Notes: generated by a model not told the origin, from the sequence alone. DNA of 64,000 nucleotides from Coxiellaceae bacterium (GCA_031263815.1 JAISFD010000022.1:5320-69319); one strand, 5' to 3'. Counted from the stretch's first letter, positions 42,701 through 51,372 are shown. Made by a program: numbers and translations.

Positions 42701-43318
42701 GCCTATGATATCGGTTATGGTGGTGTAGATCATGTATTAGCTAGTAATTATGATGTGAATATTTTGGTATTAGATACAGAAGTATATTCTAATACAGGTG
42801 GTCAAGCTTCCAAAGCTACTCCCCGGGGGGCAGCTGCTAAATTTGTCAATTCTGGTAAATCCTTAGCTCGTAAAGATTTAGGGATGATAGCTATGACATA
42901 CAATAATGTTTATGTAGCTCAAGTAGCACTAGGAGCAAATCCTGCTCAAACTATACGAGCAATTATTGAGGCCGAGAGTTATCATGGACCTTCATTAATT
43001 ATCGCTTATAGCCATTGTATAGCTCATGGATATGATTTACGCCATGGAATTATGCAACAAAAACTAGCTATTAATAGTGGTTTTTGGCCTCTTTATCGCT
43101 ATCATCCTGATCGCCTTAAACAAGGTCTAAATCCTTTGCAATTAGACTCTAAAGAACCGAGTATTCCGGTACGAGATTTTGCATACAATGAATCCCGTTT
43201 TAAGGTTCTAGCATCTCAACATCCAGAGCATGCTGAAGAATTACTAAAGCAATTGCAAGAGGATGTAACTAAGCGCTGGCAAATGTACGTTAATATGTCT
43301 CTAGCCAAGTACAATTAA
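39755..43318 (+). CDS. nifJ: Pyruvate:ferredoxin (flavodoxin) oxidoreductase, single-chain NifJ/YdbK type
   Basis: 1187 aa. Two ferredoxin motifs (CIQCGQCSLICPHG, CTGCGLCNEVCPA) and a TPP-binding block IIGGDGWAYDIGYGG...DTEVYSNTGGQ. It starts 19 nt after the GltD-like stop. Confidence 0.95.
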   Translation: MNAEMKIMDGNEAVAYIAYRVTEINAIYPITPSTPMGEFADQWASDGVKNIWNTVPQVVEMQSEGGAAGVLHGALQGGALATTYTASQGLLLMIPNMYKIAGELTSTVIHVASRSLACQGLSIFGDHSDVMGIRDTGFVMLASGSVQEAHDLALIAHASTLEARIPFIHFFEGFRVSHEINKIDLITDEQIRTMIDEDLVLAHRRRALSPECPCIRGTSQNPDVYFQGRETVNPFYLKVPSIVEKYMDRLANLTGRKYSLMNYYGDKAAEKVIIIMGSASKVVIETVAELNAQGEKVGVIQVYLYRPFPVDRFMQVLPTSVKVIAVLDRTKEPGSLGEPLYQDVLTALAEIINQGKVIFNSGYPKVVGGRYGLSSKEFTPAMAKGVFDNLKQDFPKNHFTIGIKDDVTNSNLDYDVNFSIKDSQHKCFIFYGLGSDGTIGANKNTIKIIGQETPLYVQGYFVYDSKKSGSKTVSHLRFSSKPIQAPYLITTADFIACHQFNFIESETILDNAITGATFLLNSPFGPNEIWDNLPRVVVEKILAKKMKFYVIDAYKVAAQTGMGVRINTIMQTCFFAISGILPREEAITKIKDAIVKTYKKKGEEVIKKNFAAVDQTLDNLFAVKLIDEVSIKAHDLAPTVSSKAPEFVQKVTVVMMKDQGDNLPVSALPIDGTYPSGTTQWEKRNVSAEVAEWNPDLCIQCGQCSLICPHGVIRAKHFTQDSLQNAPADFKTAKCRAKEFANDQFRLQVYLEDCTGCGLCNEVCPAVSKENHEIKAIMITPKASRLTIERRNIEFFASLIDEDKREIDNSNVRGVQYLPPYFEFSGACSGCGETPYIKLVSQLFGDRMLVANATGCSSIYGGNLPTTPWTFDNSGRGPAWSNSLFEDNAEFGLGFRLATDKQQVLALELLQEFSEQIDNDLVAAVIQGTKEDDEKNIFIQRQRLIELKEKLTKMRDPRIKHLLMLLEYLVKRSIWIIGGDGWAYDIGYGGVDHVLASNYDVNILVLDTEVYSNTGGQASKATPRGAAAKFVNSGKSLARKDLGMIAMTYNNVYVAQVALGANPAQTIRAIIEAESYHGPSLIIAYSHCIAHGYDLRHGIMQQKLAINSGFWPLYRYHPDRLKQGLNPLQLDSKEPSIPVRDFAYNESRFKVLASQHPEHAEELLKQLQEDVTKRWQMYVNMSLAKYN

Positions 43319-43352
43319 TGTAGTTAGTTTGCTAAATTACAAAGATGCTAAA

Positions 43353-44783
43353 TTATTTGAGTTTGGTAGCTAGACGATTTAGGGCAAAAATGGAATAAAA
43401 CCACCCGAGAGAGATAATTATAAAGATCGTAAAAATTATAGGCGATAGATCGAGGAGAGTTAGTGCTGGAAATAATGCAAATAACCCTTGTTGCAGGAAA
43501 GCTCCACTACCTTTGCCAAATCTCATACCTACAATTTCAGCAGCTGCTTTACCTTTAGTTTTCAGATCATCATCTAAAGGTATATAAATCATTTCTTTAG
43601 TGGGATCAAATATCGCGTGTTTTAAAGAACGGGAACAAACATTGTAAACGGCTCCTAAATACACTGCTACTATTATTATTGATGATTGCAAAGTAAGTAG
43701 CCATGTGATCTCTCTAAATAGTATTGATAAGAAGAATATTCCACCTGTAAGCAAAATAATTATTGGAGTAATTAAAGCAGCGATTTTCCACTTAAGAAGA
43801 CGTAAGACATGAGCCCCAATAAATGTACTCGTGATACTAACTATTGAGATACATATATCTATTTTACTAATAAAGTGTTGAATATAATTCGCATTACTTG
43901 TAAAAAATATCTCAATAGATTTTTTCCAAACTCCTTCGACTATATTGAGTGAGATATTGTAACAAAGTAGTAATGATGTAATTAAAAGCATGACTTTAGA
44001 AGAACTAATATATTTTAAGCTTTCTTTAAAACTAATCTTGTTCTTTGATTTAAAATGACCTCTTTTTAAGTTAAAAGTATTAACACCAATTATCTTTTCT
44101 AAAAAAAATAGACAAATAGTTATTATTATTCCAGCTATGACGATTGAAATCGTAATATTATTCAATGTTGATTGCCAATCAGCGGCATATTTTGCTGCAT
44201 AATTAGTAGATAAAATTCCAGCGATCATTTTACCTAATCCTGCAAAGGTACCAAAAAGAGGATAGAACCTTTTGGATTCCTCAATAGAGGTTATATGATT
44301 TGCAGTTTGCCAAAAAGAGATTGAAAACATAATGACAACCCAGCCTTCAGAAAATACGTAAAACAAAGTGTAATGCCAATTACTTACTATTCTGAACAGA
44401 TATTTAAATGATGAAAGTCGTGAGACTATAGGATTGCTTATATCGATAATTAATGTCTCTCTATGCGGGTAAAGTACTAAAGCAAATAATATAAAATAAG
44501 AAATAAAAAACCAGGTAGTAATATAAAATAACTGTGCCCTTGATAATTTATCTGATAGTTTAATATACAAAAACATGAAAATTAGAGAAATCGGTAATAC
44601 CGCCCATATTTTAATTGCGCTTATAGATTCAGTACCCAAGTGAGAAATAACTAGAACATCTTTTGATATGTGCAGTATGCTATGAATATAAGCTATGGCA
44701 AAAATAAGCACTGCGGTACACAAAAACTTTGTCAATTCAACCCGTTGAATTGGGATCAACTTCTTTATTGTATGCTTATTCAT
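43353..44783 (-). CDS. tlc: ATP/ADP translocase-type nucleotide transporter (NTT/Tlc family), paralog 2
   Basis: 476 aa and colinear with the 23967..25424 product. By eye, half or more of the positions are shared, including HITSIEESKRFYPLFG and EMIYIPLDDDLKTKGKAAAEIVGMRFGKGSGAF. Confidence 0.9.
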   Translation of the reverse strand: MNKHTIKKLIPIQRVELTKFLCTAVLIFAIAYIHSILHISKDVLVISHLGTESISAIKIWAVLPISLIFMFLYIKLSDKLSRAQLFYITTWFFISYFILFALVLYPHRETLIIDISNPIVSRLSSFKYLFRIVSNWHYTLFYVFSEGWVVIMFSISFWQTANHITSIEESKRFYPLFGTFAGLGKMIAGILSTNYAAKYAADWQSTLNNITISIVIAGIIITICLFFLEKIIGVNTFNLKRGHFKSKNKISFKESLKYISSSKVMLLITSLLLCYNISLNIVEGVWKKSIEIFFTSNANYIQHFISKIDICISIVSITSTFIGAHVLRLLKWKIAALITPIIILLTGGIFFLSILFREITWLLTLQSSIIIVAVYLGAVYNVCSRSLKHAIFDPTKEMIYIPLDDDLKTKGKAAAEIVGMRFGKGSGAFLQQGLFALFPALTLLDLSPIIFTIFIIISLGWFYSIFALNRLATKLK

Positions 44784-44856
44784 AAGCTTGATCTTTTTTA
44801 GATCCTAAGAAAAATATACTGAAGTGTAACAAAATGCAATATAATGATATAAGAGA

Positions 44857-45498
44857 TTAAGCATTTATGTGAACAATCACTAATAATTTCCCCGATCTAA
44901 ATTGAATATTAACTATTTTATTCTTAAATTCGTTTGACAGAGTTAAAGTGTCGCCCATCTTAAGGAGGTAATTGTTAAGAAGATATTTGCTACCTTTTAA
45001 ACTCAGGTCTTTGACGTTTCCACCATAAGCTTGGAGGGAAAACATTTGTCCAGGGTGACCATAAATTGTAGCCGCTTTTTTTAGCAACACTATAGTCTGA
45101 TAATCATCTTTTAAGTGGGCATTGATATTTAGGCTTAAACACTTGTCTAAAAGACCCATAGAACCTAGAAGGTGATCTATGCGATTTCCACCAAGACATC
45201 CCAGAAAAGCAATTTTTTCTGGGTTTAAGTCGATAGCTTTATTCAAAGCAAGTTCAGTGTCAGTTAAATCCTTTTCAGGCGGGTGACATTCAATAGTAAC
45301 ATTATTATTGCTCCAAAATTTTAGAATTTTTTTATCGATAGAGTCACAATCTCCAATAATAAAGTTGGGAGTAATTTTATATTGCCATAAACAATTAGCT
45401 CCACTATCAGCGGCAATAATGATGCTCTTAGACATAATTTCTTGCATTACTAATCTTTTTGAAGGGGGAATACCACCAGCAACAATCACAGCTTTCAT
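44857..45498 (-). CDS. thiN: Thiamine pyrophosphokinase
   Basis: MKAVIVAGG...IIAADSGAN...IIGDCDSI...PEKDLTDTELAL...LGGNRIDHLLG matches the TPK catalytic domain. The C-terminal half is beta-rich and thiamine-binding-like. Confidence 0.75.
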   Translation of the reverse strand: MKAVIVAGGIPPSKRLVMQEIMSKSIIIAADSGANCLWQYKITPNFIIGDCDSIDKKILKFWSNNNVTIECHPPEKDLTDTELALNKAIDLNPEKIAFLGCLGGNRIDHLLGSMGLLDKCLSLNINAHLKDDYQTIVLLKKAATIYGHPGQMFSLQAYGGNVKDLSLKGSKYLLNNYLLKMGDTLTLSNEFKNKIVNIQFRSGKLLVIVHINA

Positions 45499-45566
45499 AA
45501 GAGTAATTTTACACATAACATTAAAAACGGTATAGTTAGCAACAAGAATATATTTTAAGGTTAAAT

Positions 45567-46331
45567 ATGAGAATTTTAATTAGTAATGATGATGGAGTTT
45601 ATGGTATAGGACTTAATGTTTTAGCAAATGAACTATCAAAAATCGCTGAAATAGTTGTTGTAGCGCCTGATCGAGATCGCAGTGGAGCAAGTAACTCTCT
45701 TAGTATCCAGGTTCCTGTTAGAATGCAGCAATTGCCTAATGGTTACTATAGTGTAACTGGTACACCAACAGATTGTGTACATCTAGCAATTACTGGTTTG
45801 TTTAAAACTAAATTCGATATGATTATCTCGGGAATTAATTCGGGTGCTAATCTTGGTGATGATATTCTGTATTCCGGAACAGTAGCAGCAGCGACTGAAG
45901 GGGGGATTCTAGGAATCCAATCGGTTGCTTTCTCACTTGTCAAAAGAGATTCACAAGAAAATTTTGCTACTGCTGCCGCAGTTGCTGGGCAAATTATTAC
46001 ACGTTTACAAAGGGAACCATTGCCTCGTGCAACCATTCTTAATGTTAATGTCCCTGATGTTAATCTTGAAGAACTACAAGGATTCGAACTAACCCGTTTA
46101 GGAAAACGCCATCCTGCTCAGCCGGCAATTAAAGCGCTTGATCCTCGAGGGAGCTCGATATACTGGATTGGAGCATCAGGTCTAGAAGAAGATGCTGGTC
46201 CTGGTACAGATTTCTATGCCATTAAAGAAAATAAAGTTTCTATAACACCAATTCAAATTGATATGACTAATTATAATGCTTTTGATAACATTAAAACTTG
46301 GGTATCTGGATTAGTACATTGTAGAAAATAA
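45567..46331 (+). CDS. surE: 5-prime/3-prime-nucleotidase SurE
   Basis: MRILISNDDGV...GINSGANLGDDILYSGTVAAA is canonical SurE. Confidence 0.95.
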   Translation: MRILISNDDGVYGIGLNVLANELSKIAEIVVVAPDRDRSGASNSLSIQVPVRMQQLPNGYYSVTGTPTDCVHLAITGLFKTKFDMIISGINSGANLGDDILYSGTVAAATEGGILGIQSVAFSLVKRDSQENFATAAAVAGQIITRLQREPLPRATILNVNVPDVNLEELQGFELTRLGKRHPAQPAIKALDPRGSSIYWIGASGLEEDAGPGTDFYAIKENKVSITPIQIDMTNYNAFDNIKTWVSGLVHCRK

Positions 46332-47020
46332 TGAAGCAGTTTACTAAATGTTTCTTAGGATTATTACTGATTATCTTCACTTCAAACTGTGCTAAACCAC
46401 GATTAGTTAAATTACCTCCAGTTATAGAAGGATGGCATAAATCTTCTGCACTGAAAAATGCTTATATCGTGCAAAAAATGAATACTTTATATTCTATTGC
46501 CTGGTCTTTTGGAGTAGATTATCGCCATTTAGCTACAATCAATAAGCTTAAAGCACCATATCAACTACATCCTGGTCAACACTTATATATCGCATCATCA
46601 TCTGAAAGTATAAAATATAGGCCAAAATCTGTTAATAATAAATCTTTAGCAAAATGGTTCTGGCCTGCTACTGGAAGGATCATAGCAACATTTAGTGATA
46701 AAATGGGTGGTAATAAAGGTATAGATATAAATGGAATTTATGGCCAACCAATATTTGCAAGTAATTCTGGAAGAGTTGTATATAGCGGTACAGGGATTCG
46801 TAGTTACGGTAAATTGATTATTATCAAACATAATGATGATTATTTAAGTGCCTATGCCTATAACAAGAAAATGCTAGTAGAAGAAGGGCAAGAGATTAAA
46901 GCCCACCAAAAAATAGCAGAAATGGGCTATGATAATGAAAGACATGCCTGCCTTCATTTTGAGATTAGATTATTTGGTAAACCAGTAAATCCTTTATTTT
47001 ATTTACCTAAACAACAATGA
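46331..47020 (+). CDS. nlpD: NlpD-like lipoprotein (LysM plus M23 peptidase domain)
   Basis: Lipobox FTSNC, LysM (YIVQKMNTLYSIAWSFGVDYRHLATINKL), and M23 region (GIDINGIYGQPIFAS...HFEIR). Conserved position after surE. Confidence 0.8.
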   Translation: MKQFTKCFLGLLLIIFTSNCAKPRLVKLPPVIEGWHKSSALKNAYIVQKMNTLYSIAWSFGVDYRHLATINKLKAPYQLHPGQHLYIASSSESIKYRPKSVNNKSLAKWFWPATGRIIATFSDKMGGNKGIDINGIYGQPIFASNSGRVVYSGTGIRSYGKLIIIKHNDDYLSAYAYNKKMLVEEGQEIKAHQKIAEMGYDNERHACLHFEIRLFGKPVNPLFYLPKQQ

Positions 47021-47715
47021 CGATTAATAAAATCATTTTACAACCAGCTTTTGTTTTACATGCGAGATCATATCGTGATACTAGCCTTTTAGTTGAATTG
47101 TTAACTAAACATTATGGGAGACTTACAGTAGTTGCTAGAGGCGCTCGTAGTATGAAATCACGATTGAGAGGTACTTTGGTACCATTTCTACCTTTATTAG
47201 TTACTTTTAGCGGCAAAACTGACCTTAAAACTCTACAACAAAGTGAAACCTGTGGAACTAGTTATGCTTTAAAAAACGAAACTCTGTTAAGCGGCTTTTA
47301 TTTAAATGAATTATTGATTAAATTACTACCTTATCACGAAGCTTATCCTAGCATTTATGATGCTTATCAAGATACGCTCGATATTATTGTTAAATCTCAG
47401 GAATTAGAAATCGCCCTAAGATTATTTGAAAAATGCTTACTAGCCAATTTGGGATATGGTTTACGACTAGATCGGACTAATTCTAATGAATTGATATTAG
47501 CTGGAGAACAATATAGCTTTGAGTTCGGTTATGGTTTTTATAAAGCAAAGACTGAGCATACTTATAATTTTCCTGGCAAGAGTTTATTAGCTCTTCACTG
47601 TGGAAATTTTACTGATAAGAAAGAAATACAGGATGCCAAACGGCTACTAAGAAGTATAATAGCGATACTCCTAGGCAATAAAAATTTAAAAAGTAGGGAA
47701 CTATTTAAAATTTAG
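47017..47715 (+). CDS. recO: DNA repair protein RecO
   Basis: N-terminal OB-fold block AFVLHARSYRDTSLLVELLTKHYGRLTVVARGARS. ATGA overlap with nlpD. Confidence 0.85.
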   Translation: MTINKIILQPAFVLHARSYRDTSLLVELLTKHYGRLTVVARGARSMKSRLRGTLVPFLPLLVTFSGKTDLKTLQQSETCGTSYALKNETLLSGFYLNELLIKLLPYHEAYPSIYDAYQDTLDIIVKSQELEIALRLFEKCLLANLGYGLRLDRTNSNELILAGEQYSFEFGYGFYKAKTEHTYNFPGKSLLALHCGNFTDKKEIQDAKRLLRSIIAILLGNKNLKSRELFKI

Positions 47716-47718
47716 GCC

Positions 47719-48465
47719 CTATTTTTCCAAATTGGCAGTAGTTAATATTTTAAATGCGAAATTATTGTTACTGTAATAAAGTAAAATACTTCCTTGAGTA
47801 TCCCATCCTCCTAAAGAAAAACGGTGTACTTGTTTTGTTCCTATCTCAAATTCTCCAGTTTCTGCAACATGAACATGTCCGTGAATTAACTGGTCAGAAT
47901 TATATTTACATAAGAGATTTTTCGAAACTTCTTCTAATTGTGCCACCAAAACCTGGTGATTTTTTCCAGCTTTAATTTTAGTACTGATTTTTTGAGTATT
48001 AATAGCGAACCATGAACGGATCTTTAATGGTAATCTTAAAAATATTTTTATCCCCCAATGGATCCGTATAATTTTTCTAAAAATATGGTATTTACTATCC
48101 TTACTACATAACAGATCACCATGGGTTAATAAAATTCTCTTACCGTAGAGATTAAACTCATAAGGGTCAGGAATTAAAATGCACCCACTTTCTCTGGCGA
48201 AAGCTGATCCTAAAAGGAAATCACGATTTCCTGGCATTAGATAGATCAGTGTCTTACTGCTAGCAAGTCTTAAAGAGTTTTTAATTTGTTCATTGAAGAT
48301 TGAGTGATCATCGTCTCCAATCCAGAGTTGAAAAAGATCACCAAGAATGTAGATAGCATCAGTAGTAGACTCAATCTCTTCGAGAAACTTGCAAAACAAC
48401 TTTGCAATATCAGGTTTGTTGCTACTTAAATGTAAGTCAGAAATAAAAATTGTATAGCGATACAT
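47719..48465 (-). CDS. lpxH: UDP-2,3-diacylglucosamine diphosphatase LpxH
   Basis: Calcineurin-like metallophosphoesterase motifs FISDLHLS, GDLFQLWIGDD, GNRD and THGD. Confidence 0.85.
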   Translation of the reverse strand: MYRYTIFISDLHLSSNKPDIAKLFCKFLEEIESTTDAIYILGDLFQLWIGDDDHSIFNEQIKNSLRLASSKTLIYLMPGNRDFLLGSAFARESGCILIPDPYEFNLYGKRILLTHGDLLCSKDSKYHIFRKIIRIHWGIKIFLRLPLKIRSWFAINTQKISTKIKAGKNHQVLVAQLEEVSKNLLCKYNSDQLIHGHVHVAETGEFEIGTKQVHRFSLGGWDTQGSILLYYSNNNFAFKILTTANLEK

Positions 48466-48573
48466 AATGGTTACTGATCATAAGTTGTTTAGGTATTTTA
48501 TTCAAATTTTGTATATGATATAAGCTCGAACTTGCTTGAAAGGTTGTATCATGATATTTTGTCGTTATTAAAC

Positions 48574-48648
48574 AGGCACGTAGCTCAGGGGTAGAGCATC
48601 ACCTTGACATGGTGGGGGTCGGTGGTTCGAAACCACTCGTGCCTACCA
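48574..48648 (+). tRNA. tRNA-Val (anticodon GAC), CCA encoded
   Basis: AGGCACGTAGCTCAGGGGTAGAGCATCACCTTGACATGGTGGGGGTCGGTGGTTCGAAACCACTCGTGCCTACCA. The anticodon loop is TTGACAT. Confidence 0.95.
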
Positions 48649-48672
48649 CTTGTAAAATATTTTTGAGTTTTT

Positions 48673-50604
48673 ATGCTAAACGTTACCTTTCCTAATGGTA
48701 AGAAAATAGAGTTCAAAGCTCCCGTAACTATACTAAAAGTTGCGGAAACTATTAGCCCCAAATCCGCTAAAGATGCAATTGCTGGTAAGGTTAATGGTAA
48801 ACAAGTGGATCTTTCTTACCTTATTGACAAGGACGCTGTAGTTACTATTTTAACTCCTCAAGATTCTGAGGGGCTCGAAATCTTACGGCATTCTGCTGCT
48901 CATTTATTAGCGCAAGCTGTTACTGAACTGTTTCCTAGTGTCCAAGTTACCGTTGGTCCTGCTATTGAAGATGGATTTTATCATGATTTTTACTATCCCG
49001 AAGGGTTTACTGAAGAAGATTTAGAAAAAATAGAAGCTAAAATGCACGAATTGGCTAAAGCCAATTATCCTGTTATTCGGAGTGTTAAAAAACATGATGA
49101 TGCTGTAAAGTTTTTTGCCGATCGAGGTGAAAACTATAAGGTAATGATGATTGAAGATATTCCTGATGATACAATTTCATTCTATGCTCAAGGCAATTTT
49201 ATTAACGCTTGTCTTGGTCCTCATGTTCCTAGTACTGGATATTTAAAAGCTTTTAAATTAACCAAACTTTCAGGAGCATACTGGAAGGGAGATTCTCATA
49301 ATGAAATGCTCCAACGTATATATGGTATTATTTGGGCAACAGAAAAAGAGCTGCGTGAATATCTAGATAAGTTAGAACAAGCAAAACTAAGAGATCACCG
49401 GATTATAGGGAAAAAAATGCATCTTTTCCATTTGCAGGAAGAAGCAGCAGGACTCATTTTTTGGCATCCTAAAGGATGGATAATTTATTCGGAAATCAAA
49501 CGCTATGTGGTTGCTAAAGTGGCTAAAGCTGGTTATCAAGAGGTTAATACTCCCTCTATTCTTGATCGAAGTCTTTGGGAAAAATCAGGACATTGGGATA
49601 AGTACCGAGAGGTGATGTTTACTACCGAATCAGAGAAACGCATTTATGCTCTTAAACCTATGAATTGTCCTGGACATGTTCAGATTTTTAAGCAAGGTAT
49701 TAAGAGTTATCGTGACTTACCTATCAGATTTGCTGAATTTGGTTGTTGTCATCGAAATGAAGCTTCAGGATCTTTGCACGGAATTATGAGAATTCGTGGT
49801 TTTACTCAGGATGATGGGCATATTTTTTGCACTGAAGAGCAAATTGCTAATGAAGCTTATACATATATTGGTCAGGTCATAAACGTATATGCAGACTTTG
49901 GGTTTAAAAATATTATAGTTAAACTAGCTACCCGACCTAAGGAACGTATTGGCAGTGACGCTGTTTGGGATAAGGCAGAGAAAGCTTTGATTGAGGTTTT
50001 AGATCAAACTAATATTAGCTGGGAAGTTGCTCCAGGTGATGGTGCTTTTTATGGTCCAAAAATTGAATTTTCTTTACGAGATTGTTTAGGCAGAATTTGG
50101 CAATGTGGAACTTTACAAGTAGATTTTTCCATGCCTGAGCGCCTGGGAGCATATTATATTACTGAAAGCGGTGAAAAAAAGAGCCCGGTTATGTTACATC
50201 GCGCAATGCTAGGTTCTATTGAAAGATTTATTAGTATCCTACTTGAAGAAACTAATGGTGATTTACCTCTTTGGCTTACTCCAATCCAAGCAGTAATGGT
50301 TAATATTACTGATGCGCAAGCAGAATACGTCAAAAATATTACCCAAAAACTTCAACAACAAGGTTATCGTGTAGTTTATGACCTGAGAAACGAGAAAGTT
50401 GGTTTTAAAATCCGTGAGCATTCTATCGCCAAAATACCATTTATATTAATAATAGGTAATAAAGAAATGACAGATGGGACTATAAGTGTACGCACTAGTA
50501 ATGGTAAGGATTTAGGTCAAATGTCAGTTGAAAAAGTAATGACTAATGTTATGATAATAAATCCAATTGAGAGAACTAAAGGAGGAATATATCAATTTAC
50601 ATAA
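48673..50604 (+). CDS. thrS: Threonine--tRNA ligase
   Basis: 643 aa with a TGS domain start, an editing-domain HSAAH motif, and the class II core (MNCPGH, FRHE-like CCHRNEASG). Confidence 0.97.
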   Translation: MLNVTFPNGKKIEFKAPVTILKVAETISPKSAKDAIAGKVNGKQVDLSYLIDKDAVVTILTPQDSEGLEILRHSAAHLLAQAVTELFPSVQVTVGPAIEDGFYHDFYYPEGFTEEDLEKIEAKMHELAKANYPVIRSVKKHDDAVKFFADRGENYKVMMIEDIPDDTISFYAQGNFINACLGPHVPSTGYLKAFKLTKLSGAYWKGDSHNEMLQRIYGIIWATEKELREYLDKLEQAKLRDHRIIGKKMHLFHLQEEAAGLIFWHPKGWIIYSEIKRYVVAKVAKAGYQEVNTPSILDRSLWEKSGHWDKYREVMFTTESEKRIYALKPMNCPGHVQIFKQGIKSYRDLPIRFAEFGCCHRNEASGSLHGIMRIRGFTQDDGHIFCTEEQIANEAYTYIGQVINVYADFGFKNIIVKLATRPKERIGSDAVWDKAEKALIEVLDQTNISWEVAPGDGAFYGPKIEFSLRDCLGRIWQCGTLQVDFSMPERLGAYYITESGEKKSPVMLHRAMLGSIERFISILLEETNGDLPLWLTPIQAVMVNITDAQAEYVKNITQKLQQQGYRVVYDLRNEKVGFKIREHSIAKIPFILIIGNKEMTDGTISVRTSNGKDLGQMSVEKVMTNVMIINPIERTKGGIYQFT

Positions 50605-51142
50605 AAATATTCGGGGTTCACGAGGGGGAGCAAAAAAAAGAGCTCGAGTGAACAATCAGATAGTTGCACGCGAGGTGCGTTTAATTAATGCTGAAAGGAA
50701 ACAGATTGGTATTGTTGGGATTCAAGAAGCTTTACAAAAAGCTCTTGAGGCAAATTTAGATTTGGTAGAAATAGCTCCACAATTGACACCACCAGTTTGT
50801 CGGATTATGGATTTTGGTAAGTACTTATTTGAACAGCACAAACGTCTTAAGAAAAAATCCAAAAGAGTACAAGTCAAAGAATTGAAAATGCGTCCAGTAA
50901 CTGATGTTGGAGATTATTTAGTAAAAATTAAGCAAGCAACGGCATTTTTGCATAACGGGAATAAAGTTAAATTTGTTATCCGTTTTCGTGGACGAGAAAT
51001 GTCATATCAACAGCAGGGAATAGATATTTTACAGCGAGCTGAAAATGATCTAAAAGATCATGGGACCATAGAACAAGCACCTAAAATGGAAGGTAAGCAG
51101 CTCATTATGTTAATAGTACCTGGAAAAAGTAAGAATAATTAA
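50591..51142 (+). CDS. infC: Translation initiation factor IF-3 (probable non-AUG start)
   Basis: VNNQIVAREVRLINAERKQIGIVGIQEALQKALEANLDLVEIAP is canonical IF3. The SD GGAGG at 50581-50585 is followed 5 nt later by an in-frame ATC at 50591. The exact start is uncertain (TTG 50567 and ATT 50609 are also in frame). Confidence 0.85.
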   Translation: MNLHKNIRGSRGGAKKRARVNNQIVAREVRLINAERKQIGIVGIQEALQKALEANLDLVEIAPQLTPPVCRIMDFGKYLFEQHKRLKKKSKRVQVKELKMRPVTDVGDYLVKIKQATAFLHNGNKVKFVIRFRGREMSYQQQGIDILQRAENDLKDHGTIEQAPKMEGKQLIMLIVPGKSKNN

Positions 51143-51156
51143 TTTGAGGTTTTGTT

Positions 51157-51351
51157 ATGCCAAAATTAAAAAGTAATAGAAGTGCCAGCAAACGCTTTAA
51201 AAAAACTGCGAGTAATGGCTATAAACATCGCTCTTCTTTTCGCAATCATATTTTAACGAAAAAACGTAGTAAAAGAAAAGCACGTTTAGCGGCTAAAAAA
51301 GTAGTTTGCAAACAAGACCTTAAAGCAGTCAAATATATGCTTCCTAATTAA
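51157..51351 (+). CDS. rpmI: 50S ribosomal protein L35
   Basis: [17 protein letters not shown] is canonical L35. Confidence 0.95.
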   Translation: MPKLKSNRSASKRFKKTASNGYKHRSSFRNHILTKKRSKRKARLAAKKVVCKQDLKAVKYMLPN

Positions 51352-51372
51352 TTTAAAAAATCTGGAGTCAAT

